Shown: piece by piece, positions 10,986-19,725 of the stretch | Layout of the letters: every line of letters begins with the position of its first letter | Numbering within the stretch: position 1 is the first letter of the stretch | DNA from: Chiloscyllium plagiosum | Lineage: Eukaryota | Direction of reading: 5' to 3' | DNA length: 20,000 bases | Assembly: GCF_004010195.1 (NCBI RefSeq) | Contig: NC_057719.1 | Coordinates: forward strand, 81,379,501-81,399,500 | Made by a program: the position numbers and the translations under genes | Notes under the pieces: generated by a model | Databases searched by the model: none | Seen by the model: the letters and a program-made list of their open reading frames with translations, nothing else | What the model was told of the DNA's origin: nothing

Positions 10986-11756
10986 AGGTCTTTAGTGAAT
11001 TATTGCAGAATACCAAGACATTCAATTAAAATTATCTTCAAAATACTGGCAAGTATGACTACAAAAATGTGACTATTGCACTTGTGGTAAACTGCTGGAA
11101 CACTATGAGAGGCAGTTACAGATCTGAGCATTACTAAGTGGTAAAAATTGAGTTCCCTGATTTAATTGCCAAGGTGATTTAAAAATAAATATGCAAGTTT
11201 GACCAAAAAGTCTGTTATAATCAAAAAGCCTCCTTTCCCAGTCGTAATTCACACTGCATGGTAGCAAAGCAACAGACATTTCTAAGAGGTGTTTACTCTG
11301 GACTAAATGTATTTGAAAACATTAATGTACAAGAAAACAGTAAAAAATGAGAAAATGCCCATTAATTGTTCCAATCAGACTACACACCTTGTGCCAGCAT
11401 TAATTTGCATACTTTCAAATTCCAGTTGGCTCAGCAAAATTAACAGTTAAGAACTGAGCCAATTGACCTAGAAGGTTAGATGTTTGCCTCCAATTTGATC
11501 TCAGGTAGCTGGTAATAACACAAAGTGATTGGGTTTCTACCAGTTTTGACAGGCCTCAATTTGGAAAGGGTAGGTGGAAAAGGAATGGTTCCATGGACTA
11601 GCTTTAATTTTCTTATTATGTCAGTAAGGAATTTTCCAGAGCTATTTTTAATCCTCATTCTGGTACTTTTTCTTTCCTATCTTTCCTGCGAGAGTACATA
11701 GCTGAGAGGGCAGACACGCAGCATGTTGACATTACATTCCAGGCATCGTGAATTGA

Positions 11757-11860
11757 GCAGAGTCAAAACATCTGGTGCTGGAAAAGCACAGCTGGTCAGG
11801 CAGCATCTGAGGAGCAGGAGAGTCAATGTTTTGAGCATGTGCTCTTCATTATGGGAAATA
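11757..11860 (-). mobile_element. Penelope-like terminal fragment with a decayed hammerhead core
   Basis: TGGTGCTGGAAAAGCACAGCTGGTCAGGCAGCATCTGAGGAGCAGGAGAGTCAATGTTTTGAGCATGTGCTCTTCATT aligns to 19773-19852. Confidence 0.75.
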
Positions 11861-13551
11861 GGCAGGTAAAGACCAGTTTGTTTTCATTTTCAAATTGTGT
11901 ATTGACTGATATCTGGTGATCCCCAAAGGTGACAATGCCAATATTTGGTTACAATAGCTTTAAGCTACCAATCAGAAATTACAGTAGTGACAATGACAAT
12001 CAGATATCAGGGAGTAATCAACACTTGAATCATAGTCCAGCAATAAAGTCAATATCTTCAGGAAAAAGTGAAAAGATTAACAGAGAAATCAAGAAAATGA
12101 GACTATGGTTTTCTAATCCAGTCTGATTATTCAAAGCATAGCAGAGTAACTGATAAAATTGGACTCCTTATAGTGCGTTTTACAATACTGAACATAGCTT
12201 CACACTATTTATGTTTCTTTTACTTCATGGCTGAAATATATGCAGTTATGGGCAGTCACTTCTATCTATTAATACCTCCCAGTCCAGGTGTAGGGGCACT
12301 ATCACCATGCCACAAGCAGGCCTGACAGTTACTTCCACTTTAATATTCCATGTTGAATGCACTTAGTGTATTGTGACCACTTACACAGCTTTTTTTTCAA
12401 ATACTACATCTGATGTTAGCAGCAACCAAGTATAAACGTGGAGTTCTGCTCTAACATAATTTTCGGCTGCTGAGAACATCCAATGCACAAAAAGCTAAAT
12501 AGTTAGTGAACATTTCACAATAATATATTTAAGGCTCATTATATTTCCATTTGGCAATGTTATTCAAGCACTTCTAAATTTATGACAGTGAGAAGGAAAT
12601 ACCCAAGTGTTCAAAGCAACTGTTTAGCACAGATTGTTGACATACTCTCCCCTTCAGCACTGCCTGCTAATTGATAGTACTTTACGTGGATTGTGATTGT
12701 GCTTTCTGCATCAGTCACTAACATTTCAATTTGCTCTTTTGCAAATCAACCACTGCAGCATAATATCAGAGTTACAGATCTGAAAATATAACAAAGCTTC
12801 AGAAAATATCTTGCAGGAAAAAACATTTGGGCCACAGTTACACTCCAAATCTTTTAAACATTGATCTTCACATGATGAACACAACTACACACCTGGAGTG
12901 ATCAATTTTACACCGCGTTGATTTGTTTCACTCTGTAAGATTATCTTTAAAAGTTAACAACATCAGTTTGTGGATATTCGTAAACTGACGTTTAGCCCCT
13001 GTTATTAAGTTAAATCTGTGTTGCCCAAATTCAACAGGTTCCCAATGAAAAAAAACATGCTTCTGAGAAGGTATTACTGGACCCATTGTTGCGACAAGGA
13101 TCAAGATTTTAGACATTTGACTGCGGTTGGACTCCAAACGCACGCCGATAAATTCCAATACAATATGACACTTTCAGTCTTCCAGTCAACTCCTCTTCTT
13201 ACCTATCTTTGTCACTTCTCCCAATCTGCAGCCTTTATCCTACTTTAACTATGTCAGCTGTTTCCCAACTTCTACCTCCTCATTCTCTACCCCCATCCTG
13301 CATCCACAACCGCTCTAACCCATTCCTCTGCCAGCCTTACCATACCCTGCCAGCTTTACCTCCGCGGCTCAAACCCATGCCACGCATTGCGCCGTCCCGG
13401 CCACGACTCCGCCGTAGGAGCTGCCGCCAGCCCTTTTCCCTTTGCCCGTGCCAGCCCTCCTGCCCGCTGCCAGCGTCAACAGGAGCTGCAAGCGCCCGCC
13501 CGCCCCGCTTTGGTTTCGCCAGCCTTGCCCGGAGACGACTCCGCTTTGTAC

Positions 13552-13667
13552 CTGGGTATGCAGCTGGGCGATGAGCCGTCTATCTCCCAGGTGGCGAAGA
13601 GGTTCATCGGCACCGGCTTGTTGAGACCGGACGAGCCGGTGAAGCTGAGTCTCCCTTTCTCGGCCAT
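13552..13667 (-). CDS. PACS2: Phosphofurin acidic cluster sorting protein 2, first coding exon (38 codons + 2 nt, phase-2 GT donor)
   Basis: The minus strand from the ATG at 13667 reads [39 protein letters not shown]. This matches the N-terminus I recognise for vertebrate PACS2 (MAERGR...[22 protein letters not shown]). Kozak context is strong (AGCATGG). Similarity stops exactly at a CAG|GTACAA splice donor (GT at 13551-13550). Confidence 0.93.
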
Positions 13668-13677
13668 GCTGAGTGTG

Positions 13678-13695
13678 TCAGTGCCCGATGTGCAT
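13678..13695 (-). promoter_or_regulatory. Upstream ORF (MHIGH*) in the putative PACS2 5' UTR
   Basis: Minus strand ATG CAC ATC GGG CAC TGA, with A at -3. It is out of frame with the main ORF, and its stop lies 10 nt before the PACS2 ATG. Confidence 0.55.
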
Positions 13696-14239
13696 GCTGT
13701 GTGAGTACCGCTATCCGATCCGTCCCCCTCTCCCTCTCTCTCTCTGACACAGACGCCGCTACGGCTGCTCCACTGCGGCACTGGGACAACCCACCGGAAA
13801 CTACGTCACGGACCGGGCACGCGCTGACGTCGCCTCCCCGCCGCCTCGTGCACAACCGTCGTCCCGATTCGAAGCAGATGAGCGGCTCGAGCTTCCATTC
13901 TCCTGCCCCCAGTGCAACCCACTCCAAATGCCTGCCGCGTTGCAACTGTCACCCCTCCATGGGAATCCGCCCCTATCAGTTGGTGCCCACTCTCTCACCT
14001 CCGAGATCTCAGACAGGGTAATGCAAGGTAGGAACCTTCCAGCAAGTATTTAGAGGAGCACTCAAAGCGATCGCTCCCTCACTCCACATACGCTGCTGAG
14101 TTTCTCCAGCAAAGTCAAATCGTATCAGTCGAAGTATCTGCGAGCCAAGTGCTGCAAAGTGAGATTGGAACAGATAAATGACCACGATGGCCTGAAGGGC
14201 CTCTTTCCGAGTTCTAAAATTTCTATGGCTGCCTGCCAG

Positions 14240-14447
14240 ACACATGAGGACATCATCTCAGTCGAAAATCCCCAGTGTAGTTGTAACTGGGGGGTTGCTA
14301 CACTGCTGGGACAAAGTGCTCCCTACTTGCTCAGGGATGGTGTAAAAGATCCCAGGACGCTATTTGGGAAAGAAGCAGTATCATGAGAAGAGATATATTG
14401 AAATGGCACATAATCTGGTTACTTTTTGTGGGCTCTAGCTTTACGTA
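14240..14447 (+). mobile_element. DeuSINE remnant, apparently split by the CR1 insertion (continues at ~18930-18960)
   Basis: CTCAGGGATGGTGTAAAAGATCCCAGGACGCTATTT...AGAAGCAG and ATCTGGTT...TTTGTGGG are DeuSINE-like. CAATTTGGTTG...CCTACA just after the CR1 3' end fits the next consensus segment as I recall it. Confidence 0.45.
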
Positions 14448-14729
14448 GGTGCAGGAAGCAAGGATTTAAATTCTTGGATCGCTGGGGTATGTTTTGCGGT
14501 AGGGATAAATTATACAAGAGGCATGGGTTGCACCTTAATAGGTGGGGGACCAGCATTTTGGCAGGCAGGTTGCCACTGCAGCACGTGTGTTTAAACTAAG
14601 TAGTGGGGAGGGGAGGGGACAAACTTGAAATTTAAGAAGATTGTTGAAGGGAAAGTGAGAATAAGAGAAGTTAGGAGACACAACAGAATCAATGGAGCAG
14701 AAAACTCAAGAAGGGATCATACAGTATGG

Positions 14730-14886
14730 ATCAGTGGTGCTGGAAGAGCACCTGATGAAGGGCTTTTGCCTGAAACGTCGATTTTGCTGCTCGTCGGATG
14801 CTGCCTGAATTGCTGTGCTCTTCCAGCACCACTGATCCAGAATCTGGTTTCCAGCATCTGCAGTCATTGTTTTTACCTCTTTTTAC
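14730..14886 (+). mobile_element. 157-bp Penelope-like mini-insertion with 14-bp TSD and inverted 5' segment
   Basis: ATCATACAGTATGG occurs at 14716-14729 and 14887-14900. 14727-14751 is the exact reverse complement of 14815-14839. The body is homologous to 19726-19855 on the opposite strand. Confidence 0.88.
14751..14783 (+). ncRNA. Minimal type I hammerhead ribozyme core (PLE-associated)
   Basis: CTGATGA (14752-14758), extra A, stem II GGGC-TTTT-GCCT, GAAA (14772-14775), then C-GTC (GUC cleavage triplet at 14777-14779; ACGT palindrome for a dimeric stem III). The 5' strand of stem I is largely replaced by the inversion. Confidence 0.65.
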
Positions 14887-17457
14887 ATCATACAGTATGG
14901 TCAAGTGAAATAGGGATTGATAGGAAGGGTGAGGGGAGTAACAAATTAGGAATATTATATATGAATGCACGAAGCATAAGAAATAAGGTGGATGAGCTTG
15001 AGGCTCAGTTGGAAATTGGCAGATACGATGTTGTGGGGATAACTGAGACATGGCTTCAAGTAGACAGGGCCTAGGAAATGAATATTCAAGGCTATTCGTG
15101 CTATTGAAAGGACAGACTGACAGGCAGGTGGGTGGGGTGGCCCTGTTGGTGAGGAATGATATTCAGTTCCTTGCGCGGGAGACATAGAATCAGAAGATGT
15201 GGAGTCTGTATGGATAGAACTGAGAAATTCTAAGGGTAGAAAGACCCTAACGGGAGTTATCTACAGGCCCCCAAACAGTAGTCTAGACGTTGGGTGCAAG
15301 ATGAATAAGGAGTTGAAATTAGTCTGTCACAAAGGTATTACTACAGTTGTTATGGGGAATTTCAACATGCAGGTCGACTGGGAGAATCAGGATGGTATTG
15401 GATCCCAAGAAAGGGAGTTTGTGGAGTGCCTTCGAGATGGATTCTTAGAACAGCTTGTACTGGAACCTACCAGGGAGAAAGCAATTCTGGATCTGGTGTT
15501 GTGCAATGAACTGGATTTGATCAGCGACCTCAAAGTAAAGGAGCCATTATGAGGTAGTGACCATAATATGATAAGTTTTAATCTGCAATTTGAGAGGGAG
15601 AAGGAAGAATCGGAACTGTCGGCATTGCAGTTGAACAAAAGAAACTGTGGAGCTATGAGGGAGGAGCTGGCCAAAGTTCAATGGTTCAATACCCTAGCAG
15701 GGATGGCAATGGGACAACAATGGCAGGTATGTCTGGATATAATACAGAAGGTGCAGGATCAGTTCATTCCAAAGAGGAAGAAAGATCCCAAAGGGAGGCA
15801 GGGGCGGCCATGGCTGACAAGTGAAGTTAAGCACTGTATAAAGATAAAAGAAAAGTATAATGTAGCAAAGATGAGCGGGAAGCAGGAGGACTGGGAAACT
15901 TTTAAAGAGCAACAGAGGATAACTAAAAAGGCAATACATGGAGAAAAAATGAGGTACGAAGGCAAACTGGCCAAAAAATATAAAGGAGGATAATAAAAGC
16001 TTTTTTAGGTATGTGAAAAGAAAAAAAAATGATTAAGACTAAAATTGGGCCCTTGAAGACAGAAATGGGTGAATTTATTATGGGGAACAAGGAAATAGCA
16101 GAAGAGTTGAATAGGTACTTTGGATCTGTCTTTATTGGGGAAGACACAATCAATCTCCCAGATGTAATAGTGGCTGAAGGACCTAGGGTAATGGATGAAC
16201 TGAAAGGAATTTATGTTAGGCAAGAACTGGTGTTGGATAGACTGTTAGGTCTGAGGCTGATAAGTCCCCGGGACATGATGGTCTGCATCCCAGGGTACTT
16301 AAGGATGTGGCTCTAGAAATCGTGGCTCTAGTAATCATTTTCCAATGTTCTATCAATTCAGGATCAATTCCTGCGGATTGGAGGGTGGTTGATGTTGTCC
16401 CACTTTTCAAGAAGGGAGGGAGAGAGATAAAACAGGGAATTATAGACTGCTTAGCCTGACGTCAGTGTTGGGAAATATGCTGGATGCAATTATAAAGGAT
16501 TAAATTATTTGGATAGCAGTAACAGGATAGGTCAGAGTCAGCACGGATTTACGAAGGGGAAATCATGCTTGACTAATCTTCTGGAAGTTTTTGAGGATGT
16601 AGCTATGAAGATGAACAAAGGAGAGCCAGTGGATGTAGTGTATCTGGACTTTCATAAAGCCTTTGATAAAGTCCCACATTGGAGGTTAGTGAGCAAAATT
16701 AGGGCACATGGTATTGGGGGAAAAGTACTGACTTGGATTGAAAATTGGCTGACTGACAGGAAGCAAAGCGTAGTGATAAACGGATCCCTTTCGGAATGGC
16801 AGGTGGCGACCAGTGGGGTACCACAAGATTCAGTGCTGGGACTGCAGCTGTTAACAATATACATTAATGATATAGATGAAGGCATTAAAAGTAATATAAG
16901 AAAATTTGCTGATGACAAAATTGGGTGGCAGGGTGAAATGTGAGGAGGATGCTATGAGAATACAGGTGACCTGGACAGGCTAGGTGAGTGGATGGATGCA
17001 TGGCAGAAGCAGTTTAATGTGGATAAATGTGTGGTTATCCACTTTGGTGGCAAGAACGGGAAGGCAGATTACTATCTAAATGAAGTCAAGTTAGGTAAAA
17101 GGGAAGTACAACGAGATCTAGGTGATCTTGTGCATCAGTCAATGAAAGTAAGCATGCAGGTACAGCAGGCAGTGAAGAAAGTTAATGGCATGCTGGCCTT
17201 CATAATAAGAGGAATTGAGTATCGGAGCAAAGAGGTCCTTCTGCAGCTGTACAGCTGGTGAGACCACACCTGGAGTATTGTGTGCAGTTTTGGTCTCCAA
17301 AATTGAGGATGGACATTCTGGCTATTGAGGGAGTGCAGCGTAGATTCACGAGGTCAATTCCCAGAATGGCGGGATATCATATTGAGTTTTGAGAAGATTT
17401 GTAGCTCAGGTTGAGGTTCTGGATGTAGGTTTGCTCGCTGAGCTGGAAAGTTCATTT

Positions 17458-17497
17458 CCAAGTGTTTCGTCACCCTACTGGGTAACATCTTCAGCGG
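17458..17497 (-). ncRNA. Hammerhead ribozyme motif in the PLE terminal repeat (minus arm), cleavage site mutated
   Basis: The minus strand reads CCG-CTGAAGA-T-GTTACCC-AGTA-GGGTGAC-GAAA-CACT-TGG. Confidence 0.55.
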
Positions 17498-18397
17498 GCC
17501 TTCAGGCGAAGCACTTGATAATTCCTGCTTTCTATTCATATGTTTGGGTTTCTTTGGGTTGGTGATGTCATTTCCTGTGGTGACATCATTTCATGTGGTG
17601 ATGCCATTTCCTATTCTTTTTCTCAGGGGGTGGTAGATGGGATCTAACTCGATGTGTTTGTTGATAGAGTTCCGGTTGGAATGCCATGCTTCGAGGAATT
17701 CCCGTGCATGTCTCTGTTTGGCTTGTCCTAGAATGGATGTGTTGTCCCAGTTGAAGTGGTGTCCTTGCTCATCTGCATGTAAGGATACTAGTAAAAGAGG
17801 ATCATGTTGTTTTGTGGCTAGTTGATGTTCATGTATCCTGGTGGCTAGTTATCTGCCTGTTTGTCCAATGTCATGTTTGCTACAGTCCTTGCACAGTAAA
17901 TTTGTAAATAACATTAGTTTTGCTTGTTGTCTGTATGGGGTCTTTTAAGTTCATTAGCTGCTATTCTAGTGTGTTGGTGGGTTTGTGTAGCTGCTGTCTT
18001 AGTGTGTTGATGAGTTTGTGGGCTACCATGATGCCAAAAGGTCTGAGGAGTCTGGCAGTCATTTTTGAGATGTATTTGATGTGTTCAAAAAGAATGGGTA
18101 CCCAATGAACATGGTCCGCAGATTTCTCAGCAAAAACACCCAAACAAGCAGACAAAATAGGTCCAGACAAGCCAAGCAGAGAGATGCACAAGAATTCCTA
18201 GAAGCATGGCATTCCAACCGGAACTCTATCAACAAACAAATTGAGTTAGACCCCATCTACCACCCCCTGAGAAAAATAACCAGAAATGACATCACTGCAG
18301 GAAAAGACGTCACCACAGGAAATGACATCACCAACCCAAAGAAACTCAAACGTATAAATAGAAAGCAGGAATTATCAATAGTGCTTCACCTGGAGGC

Positions 18398-18437
18398 CCA
18401 CTGAAGATGTTACCTATTAGGGTGACGAAACATCTGG
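18398..18437 (+). ncRNA. Hammerhead ribozyme motif in the PLE terminal repeat (plus arm)
   Basis: Stem I CCA/TGG, CTGAAGA (18401-18407), extra T, stem II GTTACC...GGTGAC, GAAA (18427-18430), then C-ATC (AUC triplet, probably CpG-decayed GUC). Confidence 0.65.
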
Positions 18438-19198
18438 AAATGAACATTCCAGCTCAGCAAACAAACCTACATCTAGGCACTATCGTATGTTGAAAGATTG
18501 GAGTGACTAGGCTTGTATACACTTGAGTATAGAAGGATGAGAGGGGATCTGATTGAGACGTATATGATTATTAAAGGATTGGACAGTCTGGTGGTAGAAA
18601 GCATGTTTCCGCTGATGGGTGAATCCAGAACCAGAGGACACAGTTTAAAAATAAGGTGTAGGCTATTTAGAACAGAGTTACGGAGCAGTTGAGGAGAAAC
18701 TTCTTGAGTGGTGGATACATGGAATGCTCTGCCCCAGAATGCAGTGGAGGCCAAGTATCTGGATATGTTCAAGAAAGAACTGGATAGAGCTCTTAAAGAT
18801 AGTGGAAACAAGGGTTGTGGGGATAAGGCAGGAACAGGATACTGATTGTGAATGATCAGTCATGATCATAATGAATGGTCATGCTGGCTCAAAGGGCCAA
18901 ATGGCCTACTCCTGCACCTATTGTCTATTACAATTTGGTTGTTGTAGAAGCCCTACAAAGATTGTGGATAAATGCTAAATGAATGTGATTTTTTTGGAAC
19001 TATACTATTTCAAGGAAGTCTTTTAATTTGATCATTATAAATGAATCAGAAAATTACAAGTGGAGTATGCTCAAGCAACAGTGACCATAGAACTGTGAGA
19101 TTTGACATGATCTGAGATCCAGAAATATCAAGAGTTGGGTATAATCTTAAACAGTTCTGCTTCAAGGAAATGAAAGAAGAATTGAGCAAGTTGATTGG

Positions 19199-19312
19199 TG
19201 AAGAAGAGTCATATCAGACTTGAAACATGCACTGTTTCTCTGTCCACGGATGCTACCAGATTGTCTGAGTTTTTGTTTTAATTCCAGATTTCTAGTGTCT
19301 GTGTATTTTACT
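19199..19312 (+). mobile_element. Penelope-like terminal fragment beginning at a decayed hammerhead core
   Basis: (G)TGAAGA-A-GAGTC-ATATCA-GACTT-GAAAC, followed by CTGTTTCTCTGTCCACGGATGCTACCAGA...CTGAGTTT, which is related to 14075-14110 and 4618-4664. Confidence 0.65.
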
Positions 19313-19725
19313 TTTATTAAATTGACTGTGTGAAGGACTGTTCGCAATATTTATGAAGAGAACAGGTATAAGGCATTTATAGGCAAAAATGTTAAGCCTA
19401 AAACAAATATAACTTGACCAATAAAGGATTAACAAATAAAAACAAAATTATAAGGTAAAAAAGGTCATGCATTTCCTGCAGTAAGTAAAGCAAAGACCCA
19501 TTGAAATGAATATAGGAATATACAAATACATTTCCAAAGTTAAAGAAAAGAGATAGGAGAAAAAGCATGGATACAGAACATAATTCAGAAACTTTCAACA
19601 TTATCTTTAACTGTAAAAAGGAAGAGAAAAGCTGAAAATCTTAAAAGAAGCTAACTGGATTAACATAATTTCTAATAAAAATACATTTTCAAAGAATTCA
19701 TCAGGGAAGGCATGAGCTACTTCCT

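Larger units (their letters stand above)
1..13551 (-). other. PACS2 intron 1 (partial; exon 2 not found in the window)
   Basis: It follows the GT donor at 13551. It is AT-rich and repeat-filled, and I found no match to the expected next residues (LCSLTLKKL...). Confidence 0.7.
13350..13990 (-). promoter_or_regulatory. CpG-island promoter, 5' UTR and first-exon region of PACS2
   Basis: There is an abrupt switch to GC- and CpG-rich sequence around the exon, against a CpG-depleted background. Motifs: ETS-like CCGGAAA (13794-13800) abutting a CRE half-site TACGTCA (13802-13808), CRE-like TGACGTCG (13825-13832) and GC box CCGCCC (13967-13972). A (GA)n tract lies at ~13724-13745. The TSS cannot be determined from sequence. 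Confidence 0.8.
17383..18475. mobile_element. Penelope-like element (GIY-YIG) insertion with two inverted arms: minus arm ~17383-18078, plus arm ~18079-18475
   Basis: The minus arm encodes YISKMTARLLRPFGIMVAHK... and NVIYK-(frameshift)-CKDCSKHDIGQTGR*LATRIHEH (degenerate GIY-YIG). The plus arm encodes FKKNGYPMNMVRRFL (PLE NGYP motif) and EFLEAWHS. 17436-17722 and ~18165-18473 are inverted copies. Degenerate TSD: GGGATATCATAT (17371-17382) / GGCACTATCGTAT (18476-18488). The CR1 sequence resumes after it. Confidence 0.9.
14448..18929 (+). mobile_element. 5'-truncated CR1 LINE: ORF1 C-terminus (SGNH esterase-like), ORF2 (APE endonuclease + RT, pseudogenised) and 3' UTR; carries two Penelope-like insertions
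   Basis: The ORF1 end reads CRKQGFKFLDRW...LYKRHGLHLNRWGTSILAGR (DGLH-type motif). The endonuclease reads YMNARSIRNKVDEL...VGITETW, GVIYRPP, MGNFN, LDLVL. The RT reads QHGFTKGKSCLTNLL, YLDFHKAFDKVPH, SGVPQDSVLG and FADD (16905-16916). The 3' end is AAGGGCCAAATGGCCTACTCCTGCACCTATTGTCTAT. Numerous stops and frameshifts. Confidence 0.95.

Noticed and set aside
9240..13200. Additional PACS2 exons or short ORFs (9287, 9444, 11476, 11929, 12928, 13018)
   Set aside because: None resembles PACS2 or any protein I recognise, and their lengths are consistent with chance ORFs in AT-rich intron.
13476..13781. The 101-aa ORF taken as the full PACS2 N-terminus
   Set aside because: It begins at a non-ATG codon and crosses a GA microsatellite. 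PACS2 similarity covers only the ATG at 13667 to the donor at 13552, so the rest is UTR or intron.
13209..14021. Several overlapping 60-120 aa ORFs in the GC-rich region
   Set aside because: These are low-complexity Pro/Arg/Ser-rich translations expected from stop-poor CpG islands, with no recognisable homology (including none to BRF1).
14409..14420. ATAATCTGGTT / ACAATTTGGTT (~18930) as the TSD of the large CR1
   Set aside because: There are two mismatches, it is ~25 bp away from where CR1 similarity starts, and both pieces are better explained as DeuSINE sequence.
14625..17261. Endonuclease and RT ORFs as a functional gene or a novel RT system
   Set aside because: They are ordinary CR1 ORF2 pieces broken by many stops and frameshifts.
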